Positions 7,828 through 15,600 of a stretch of DNA of 43,722 bases are shown one piece after another. Made by a program: the position numbers and the translations under genes. Position 1 is the stretch's first letter. Every line of letters starts with the position of its first letter. Source of the stretch: a virus (Duplodnaviria; Caudoviricetes); IMG/VR virus record IMGVR_UViG_3300025862_000007, positions 1 to 43,722 of that record, one strand, 5' to 3'. A model generated the notes under the pieces. It made no database searches, was not told where the DNA came from, and worked only from the letters and a program-made list of their open reading frames with translations.

Positions 7828-8301
7828 ATGCAGAATGAAATAAAGCTTGTTGAAATCAAAAGGAAGCTGGTTGAGGAGTTCTACGGAACAAAAACAGAGA
7901 CAACGATGCGAAGCAACAACTTTATCGGCCTGCACTCAGACCGCGGGACCGGGAAGACGAACGCTTTGCTGCAGTTCGCGGCGGCGCTCACGCTACTCGA
8001 GGGCCTGACCAAAAACGACTGCCCGGATAGCCTGTACGCATTCTATTGTCCGACAGAATCACTCCGGCGCCGATATAAAGAAGTGTATACCAACTCATTC
8101 CCGGGATTCGTCCAACCGGATTTTCGGTGCTTCGATAGTTTGTCGCATGGGTTAAGGCAGGATACAAGGGTGACGGTGGCGTTCGTCGACGAGGTATTCC
8201 GACTGAAGCCGGATCAGCTCGAAGCCTTGAAATTCAACGCGGCAAAAATCATCGGGGTCGGGACGCAATACGAAGCGAATATCCGCATCGTGAGGCTGTA
8301 A
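7828..8301 (+). CDS. small stand-alone P-loop NTPase (terminase/helicase-like single domain)
   Basis: RGTGKT Walker A, VAFVDE Walker B; SD GAGGAG. Confidence 0.65.
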   Translation: MQNEIKLVEIKRKLVEEFYGTKTETTMRSNNFIGLHSDRGTGKTNALLQFAAALTLLEGLTKNDCPDSLYAFYCPTESLRRRYKEVYTNSFPGFVQPDFRCFDSLSHGLRQDTRVTVAFVDEVFRLKPDQLEALKFNAAKIIGVGTQYEANIRIVRL

Positions 8302-8471
8302 TGAGAGACCATTTGATGGTAGGCATCGTATGGCTATCTCTTGTTGATGCGTGCGCTTTCTGGTTGGCGTTATGTACAGGCAAATTAAAAAGCGATTTGT
8401 TCGCAGGTTTTTATATTTTTGTATTCGGGATGGTGTTCGGACTTAGTTTGGTCTGGTTTTTCCTATCCTAA
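8301..8471 (+). CDS. small two-TM protein (56 aa), holin-like topology
   Basis: Hand-translated MRDHLMVGIVWLSLVDACAFWLALCTGKLKSDLFAGFYIFVFGMVFGLSLVWFFLS; TAATG coupling; overlaps the convergent GT2 stop. Confidence 0.6.
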   Translation: MRDHLMVGIVWLSLVDACAFWLALCTGKLKSDLFAGFYIFVFGMVFGLSLVWFFLS

Positions 8472-9236
8472 AAAGGGTTCGAAATCCCCGGTGTATCTGT
8501 CGTTCGGGCTTACGGTTTGCAGGAGCAGCCTGAGCCCGGCGATCTTGTCAGAAATACTTCCCTCCACGCGGTACTGCGGATTCCTGCCGTACATATGAAA
8601 TCCCTGATGAAACGCGATACTCGGGACGGCGCACAACGCCTTCCCGCCGACGGACCGCATCACGCGGCGGATCAGACCGTCGTCGAGGATCCCGGCGTCT
8701 TGCATGTCCGGGAAATGTTTCTCGAGATAGCCTTTCAAATCCGCAAAATACCTGTCGTTGATGTGCGGTACGACTAACGCGAGTTTCTCTCGGCGGTAGC
8801 AGCTGCCGGGATTGCTGAAATACGTCTCGTCTCTATGCCGCAACTTCCGGCCGGAAGTCACGAAGTAATCACCGCTTCGCTGCATTGCTAGATGACGATC
8901 AAAGAAGTCCGGCGCGACCATGACGTCTTCCTCGACAAAGAACACGAATTCCGCGCCAGTCTCGTATCCAGCCTTCAGCGATTGCAGGATGTTCCACGTC
9001 CCTGACGGAACGAGGACATGCTCCCGGGCGTGAAAGATGTCTGCCGTCGGGAAGTACGTATCCCGGACGTAGTCCAGTTCATCGATCCGGGACTGCAGGA
9101 TCGTGTGGTCGAGAAATATCCGGACGTCTAGTTCGTGATTAGCAGCCTGAGTCGTCGAGGCTATTTTTTCCAGAGATAGGGCTAACATCTCGGGCCGACG
9201 ATACGTTGGAATCACCACGACTAACTTCTGGTTCAT
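8463..9236 (-). CDS. glycosyltransferase, GT2/GT-A fold
   Basis: VVVIPTYRRP N-terminal strand motif; FFVEEDV (DxD-like); SD GGAGG. Confidence 0.85.
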   Translation of the reverse strand: MNQKLVVVIPTYRRPEMLALSLEKIASTTQAANHELDVRIFLDHTILQSRIDELDYVRDTYFPTADIFHAREHVLVPSGTWNILQSLKAGYETGAEFVFFVEEDVMVAPDFFDRHLAMQRSGDYFVTSGRKLRHRDETYFSNPGSCYRREKLALVVPHINDRYFADLKGYLEKHFPDMQDAGILDDGLIRRVMRSVGGKALCAVPSIAFHQGFHMYGRNPQYRVEGSISDKIAGLRLLLQTVSPNDRYTGDFEPFLG

Positions 9237-9360
9237 CGTTGTCCTCCGGTGCGAAACACGCGTCCCAATGCTCCTGCGTTACCTTCGTACTTGCTGTCTG
9301 GAATCTCGCTCTCGTCATGCCGCGCGCCAACTGATCGCCGCCACCGTTTTCTGTCCGCAT
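9139..9360 (-). CDS. hypothetical protein
   Basis: SD AGGAGG; its 3' end overlaps the GT2 start. Confidence 0.55.
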   Translation of the reverse strand: MRTENGGGDQLARGMTRARFQTASTKVTQEHWDACFAPEDNDEPEVSRGDSNVSSARDVSPISGKNSLDDSGC

Positions 9361-9387
9361 CTTGCCTCCTATTGTACTTATTGTTAT

Positions 9388-9624
9388 TTAAGTTGTAGAA
9401 ACGTCCCGGGTTCGGTCTTTCGCTGATTTCTCGGTCGCGTTCGGGTTCGGCGAAACAGTCCCGCCCTTCGCCGGGATGTCTTGCGGGACGTACCGTGTCT
9501 GGGTATCCTTATCCGTGAACGACGTCGGTGCGGCTGGTGCGGCCTCGATAGTCATGCTAGTCTCGCCGTGCTTCCGCGCTTCGTGCGCTAGGCTGTAAGG
9601 TGCCTTCGTGGTGTCGTTCGCCAT
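9388..9624 (-). CDS. small hypothetical protein (APYSL motif)
   Basis: TAATG coupling to the 2276-aa gene; SD GGAG. Confidence 0.7.
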   Translation of the reverse strand: MANDTTKAPYSLAHEARKHGETSMTIEAAPAAPTSFTDKDTQTRYVPQDIPAKGGTVSPNPNATEKSAKDRTRDVSTT

Positions 9625-12600
9625 TACTTTTCTCCCAAAGCAGATTGTCCGGCCTGTGTCCCGGCATTTTGTCTCATCATTTCACGGAATCCTTCAGCCC
9701 GCTTCGCGTCAGCCGCCTTGACCGGCTTCTCGCTCGGCGCCTTTAGGCTTCTCGATCCGCTTGATCGGGTTTGTACTTCAGCTCCGCCGGGAGTTCCTGA
9801 TCCGCTCCGTCCGGGATCTCCTGACCCATGTAATTGATGTGCAGGTAGTTCTCCTTCGTCAGCGGTATCTGGTTCTCCTTCATCCACTCCAGAACGTAGT
9901 TTCTGGGCGTAATCGGAGATTTTTGTTCTGGCTTCGTCGGCTGTGATTTGTCCATCTAGATGCTCCTTCCAAATTGAGTCTACTCTGGCCTTCGTTCCTG
10001 CAGTTCTTGTCTCAGGCGGGAACATCTTCCGCCACTCGACCCAGACGACTGACTGGAGTTCCCGGGGATAATTGATCGGCGGCTCGTCGGGGTTCTCGGC
10101 ATTGATTTCAGCCATCGCCTGACGGGTTGCCTCGACGTACAGCGGATATGAGCCGCGGACGCCGGTGATACTCGAGCCGTTCCCGCCGAAATTCGTGGCT
10201 GGTTCAGGATCGCTGCCGGCAACAGGTCGTCCGAGAGACAGACCGACGTGGTGGGTGTCGCTCGTGACGTCAGCGTGCGGCGAATTTGGTTCCATGATGT
10301 TGTTGTAGAAGCTTCTCACCTTATGAGCGTCGCCTAAATTCTGGCTGATGTTCTCGAGTGAGCCGTCCTGCATGATATTTATAGCCTTCGCAATCGAGTC
10401 CAGACCGCCCCACGCGACCTTTTCAGGCGTACCGTCTAAAGTTCGGCGCGGCCCGACAACCGTCCCGTCGGCATTCAGTTCGTCGAAGCCTCGGTCGTTG
10501 TGCGCCTCGTCGTATAGACGGAGCCACGCAGCCTTCGCCGCCGGGCTCCCAATCTCGTTGAACGTCTTGCCCTTGAAGGTGTTCAGAAGCTTCCTCTCGA
10601 CCCACGGCTGGGTAATCTTCTGACCCTTGGCGGCCTTCGCGCGGTTAGACGCGTTGATCTGCTTGATGAATTCCGCGCCCTTCTTCTCCATCTCGGGCGT
10701 CATCTCGACATCGCCTTTGTTCTTCATGACGTCGACGATCCGCTTGTACAGACTGACGTTCGCGTCCCAGTCCTTTTGCGGACTCTGGGTCGCCAAAACG
10801 CCTGCAGCTTGGGCATGGCTTATGCCGTTCGCCTCGGCGTCTGTCTTCGTGAAGGCGTGCGCGCCGTCGTACCAGACACGATCTGCGATATGATTCCCGG
10901 CCGCCTTCGCACGGTAATACGTGGCCTTGATGTTGTCCTTCGCCTGACGGACGAATGAGTCGAAGATGCCTTTCGGTCCCTGAGCAACTTCCTCAGGAGT
11001 GAACACCATCGACTTGTTCTGCTTCACGAGTTTGTCAGCCAGACCCTGAGCGACCTTTGGCCGCTCGAGGATCTTGTCGGCCTCGAGTGTCAGATCGTGG
11101 TTCATCGGATCTTCAGTCCGGTTGACCGCGGTCGGGAACCTCGTGCTTACACGCTGGCTCGTTTCTGGATCGTATGGCGCACTCAGCTGTTGTGGCCCAG
11201 CAACGTTCGACACAGGCCGTGAAACTGTTTTATCGGGGTAAAATTTATCTATATCTCGTCGGAAATCTCCGAGAGACCCTTGACCGGATACAGACTTACC
11301 CTTATTATCAAAAAGGTCCCATACCAAATTTCCGTCCCCGACATCGGATTTTGCGGCAACCTTTAAATCATGCGCCAAAATTTCTAATTGTCCTTGACTC
11401 GGCTGTCGATGTATCTGAAGTCCTATACTTCCTCCGTCATTGGGACCGGGATGTATAACTCTAATTGCTCCGGTATCTGCCAACATTTTCGATATCGCGG
11501 ACTCATTCGACATCCCAGAATCGGCGATATAGCCCGCATTGTGCGCTAGATAGGAATGAGCAAATTTACTTGGCGTAATAAGGCCGTTAGGGAGAATTAA
11601 AGATGGTGCTGTACTGTTACGAAAATACTGATCGTAGGTATAAGGAACCGGACGAGCTTCCCGGTCCGGTGTGCTGCTCAAATCTGGTTTACTTCCTTCT
11701 TTCGAATTTTCTAGTTCCGCGGCATTTGCCCCGAAATTAAAGCTCGTGTCACCGGTTTCTGGCTCGGCTTCCGCAGTCTGGCCGGTCTCGAGGTCGATCC
11801 CGGGCTTCGCGCGCAGGTCGGCCATCCGCTGTGCCAGCGGGTAGTCCGGGAAACTCGTGGTCTTCCCAGTCCCGCCTGTCGGGATTTCCTTCCCGTTCTT
11901 GACGTCCCAGATGCTGATCTGATCGAGTTTCTTTCCCAACGCTTCCGCATTAGCCCGACTGTCCGTGCTCGCCGAGACGTTCAATTCCTTCCCGTAGCCC
12001 CCGACCTTTAATTCCGGATGCTCCGCGAATATCTCGCGATTCTCGTTATAGAATTTCTGGATATCCGCCGGCGTCGCGGGGTGGTCTAAATCAACACGGC
12101 CTTCGGGTGTAGCCTCGACTTGATAGCCTTTCGTCGGGACGTCGCCGTTTCTCGGGTCGATAGTGAATCCGCCGTCTTTATTCTGTTCGGCGGCTTTGTG
12201 CGCCCATGGATCCGCGCCGTGGAACTCCTCGGGTAGCAAGGCAGCCTTCTGAGTCGGGAATTCGCCGGGCTCGCCGCCGGATTCTCGCAAAGCCTTGTTG
12301 TTGAATACCCAGTTCGCCTGACCCTTGGTCTCGGTCGCTAGCGCCGGGATGGCTTCCGGGCTGTAACTCTGCCGATGCAGGTTGTAAGCGTTCTCTTCGC
12401 CCTGCTCGCTGAAATCGTTCTGCCCGACTCCGTGTCCGAGGACGTCGTGGACGCCGCGGAACAGCGTGTTGTAGGGCAAGCCTGTCGAGGGCTCGATTTC
12501 CCGCAACGGGTGGTCTTTCGGCATGTCGCCTTCGCCTGACCAGACCGCGATATGCTTGTTGTCGTGGATATCGCGCAGCATTTCCTGAGCGTCGTTGTAG

Positions 12601-15600
12601 TGGTTCGGGTCGTCCGTGACGGTCATCTTGACGCCCTGCTTCTGCAAAGCCTTCCACTGCTCTAGTGTGTCACGTTTCAGCGCGTCGTAACTCGCCTTGA
12701 CGGCCGGGTCGTTAGGGTCGTGCTTCATCGCGTCATAGGCGTCGGCTATTTTGGCGCCTTCCGCCTTGTCGACCGGGATATTGGTCGGCTCTGGCGCAGG
12801 CAGACCCTTCGCTTGATGGAATTCATCGAGGTTCGGGCCCTTATCCTCGTCGCTCTTCCCGGTCGCGAGGTCGATGCCTGACTTCACAGGCTGGTCGCCA
12901 AACAAGAATACCGAACCTGACTTCGATTTCTTGTCTTCGTAACCATCAAAGCCTGCCTTTTGGAGCGCGGCCTCGGCGTCATTCAACGCCTTCTGACTCG
13001 CGACGGTGTCGTTGTCGCCGGCAGCCTTGTATTTCTCGACCGCAGCAGCGTGAGCGTCCTCGAATAACTTCTTTTCACTCCCGCTGATGTCCGCGATCGC
13101 CTTGTCGCCTTCAATCCCGTACTTGTTGGCGCGTGTCGCGATCTGTGGCTCGGGTCGCGCACCCTCGCGGTATGCGTAGACGCCCGGGACGCGGTTATCG
13201 TGTTCGAGACGGGCTTGTTCTGAACCCGCTTTTGACTTCCCGCGAGACTCGCCGCGTATCTGGCCGTCTTCGGCCGGGACGCTTGAGTAATGCGATCCCT
13301 TAAATGCCTGTTTTTCAGGTGTCTTGACCGCGAACTTCTCCCGACTCTCGTTGAGATGCTTCTGGACGAGTTCCGGCGTGACCTCGCGGTGGTCCAGGGC
13401 TAGCGTACTACCGGTTTCAGGGTCGTGGAACATCGCTAAATTCATCATCTTTCCTGCAGGGATGGCTCCCGCAGATCGGATTGCTTCGTCGGCTTTGTCG
13501 TCGCCGGTCGTCGTTTCTTTTAAGCCTGCCCGGCCGGTTTCGAGATCTCCTGCAGGACCTGCGCCTTCATTGCTGCCTTTTGTTCCGGCGTCATTGCCTT
13601 CACGGATTTGTGCATCATTTCCAGCAATTCGTGCGTCGTGAAGCTCTGTTGGGCTTCCGGCTGAGCCTGACTTTTGTTGTTGATAGTGGTCATCTCGTAA
13701 TCTCCTCATCTCGGCCGCGAAGGCCTCGGTTCTTTCCGGACTCGCGTGCATCGTTTCGCTCAATCCAGACTCCCGGACTCCTGCGTTCTGGACGAGTGTA
13801 TCACCGACGCCCGGAATTTGCAAGTTTCTTTTTGCCCGGTCGAGCGCGTACTGGATCGCGCCCTGCGTCTCTTCCGTCGTTAAACCCAACGACTTCCCCA
13901 TTTCATGGATCACTCGGACGTCGGAATGCAAACCTTGGTTCATCTCGAACGGAATCCCGCTGTGCAACTCGTTGGCTGCGGCGCCGCCCATCGTGGTCGC
14001 CAGCATCTTCCCGAAGTTCTCGCGCAACGTCTCAGGGTCAATTTTGCCGTCCACGACCTTGATGCCTGTATCACCAAAATTAATACGAGCCGCCGCAGCC
14101 GGCCTGTTCTTTGCCGACAACGTGTCGTTCAAATGACTCTTGATGCCTTCGGTCCCGAAGCCCTCGATAGCGGCGTTCGCGACGTGTCCCCACTCGTGGA
14201 TATGCGCATCCCGCTGGAACATACCCTTAGGCATATTCTCTGCAGGAATCGGCATCGGCTTTTCGTAGCCTTCCGGATTTTCTGGGTCGTACGGCTTGAA
14301 ATCCGACCGGACGCCTTCCGTCGGGGCCTTGCCGGTCTCGAGGTCAATCGCGCTGCCGGGGGCCGGTGCCTCGGTAGCCTCGGTAGGGTTTACAGGAGCC
14401 TTCTGGGCGGGCTTTCCTGCTTCGGTTGGGGTTGCAGTCGTGCCAGTCGGAGAAGTCCCTGCTACGGGCTTGGCAGGCGGTGTCTTAGCCTCTACGCCGG
14501 GTGGTCGTATCTCATTTACTGGCCTGTTGGGCTGTTCGACCTGCGCGTTGGCTGATTTCGGGGCTTCCGCGGCCTTTCCGGCTTTCTCAATCGCACTCTG
14601 AATTAAGTACTTCGGACTATTGAGGTATTTTGTCAACTGTGGCACAACCGCAGCCATCGGGTGGCCGCTTGCGAACGCCGCAATTGCGCCGAGACTTTCC
14701 TTCAAGTCGATAGGAGCCTGACGTCCGTACACGACGGCACGCTTCTCGAAGATTCTCTGCATCTGGTTCAAAGCGCCGTAATCCTTCCTCAATTCCGGGA
14801 TGTTCTTCTCGCCGAGTTCTGACAGTTTGGCAAAAGCGGCGTCGCGTAGCGTGTCCGCGGCGTCTTGCAGCATCCCTAACTTCGGGTCGGCCTGAGCCAT
14901 CCTGAACTGATCGCTCGGGCTCTGCTTATAGAAATTCCGCAAATCGGAGTTGAATTTCGTGATTGCGCCCATCGCGGAGTCAAGATCGTACGGGCCCTTG
15001 AAGGTATCCGCCCACTTGTCGATCTGGGCCGCCAACGCAGCGTCATGCTTCCTCGTCGCAGGATTGACGCTGTCCTTTAGTTTCTGGGCAATAGCGTCGC
15101 CGTCGATCGTTTCGCCGGGATGCGGCTTAGCTAACTGCTCATCCCACAATTTCGTCTTCTGGGTGTGTGCGGCTTCCGCCATGTCTTCCGGCGTCTTGAT
15201 CGGGTTTGTCTTGTTCTCGTCAACGATGTACTTCAACGCCCTAGGGATGTTTTCTTGGAAGTCTCGTTCTTGGACTCCCGCCGAGCCGCCTGCCGCGCGC
15301 GTGATCTTCGCCTCAGGACCTTCCGTCATGGCGTTATACGGTTGGGCAACAACGCCCTTGGCTAGTTTCGCCGCGCCTTTAACCAAACCTGCGCCCGGGA
15401 TATTTCCCGCAGCGTCCAAAGCCTTACCGCCGTATTCGCCCGCAGCATGAGTCAAGGCATCAATAGACGTCCCGGCCGTGGTGCCTAGATTTGGATTGAA
15501 AGCCTTCTCACCCGTCTCTTCGTTCGTGCCGAGATGCTCGATTCCCTGCTCGCCCATCGCGAGTCCTAACATCATCTTTGTCAGTTCGTACTGGGCCTCA

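Noticed and set aside
12178-12657. 159-aa same-strand alternative-frame ORF inside the polyvalent gene (also 14129..14347, 11711..11950, 16070..16348, 9980..10222)
   Set aside because: Arg-rich frame-shadow composition, no convincing SD, and mostly overlying conserved main-frame domains, unlike the two accepted nested genes.
12748-12826. Possible third nested ORF after the ART-like domain (MNSIKRRVCLRQSRP...)
   Set aside because: Only about 26 aa, Arg-rich, and the nearest SD-like sequence is too far from the ATG.
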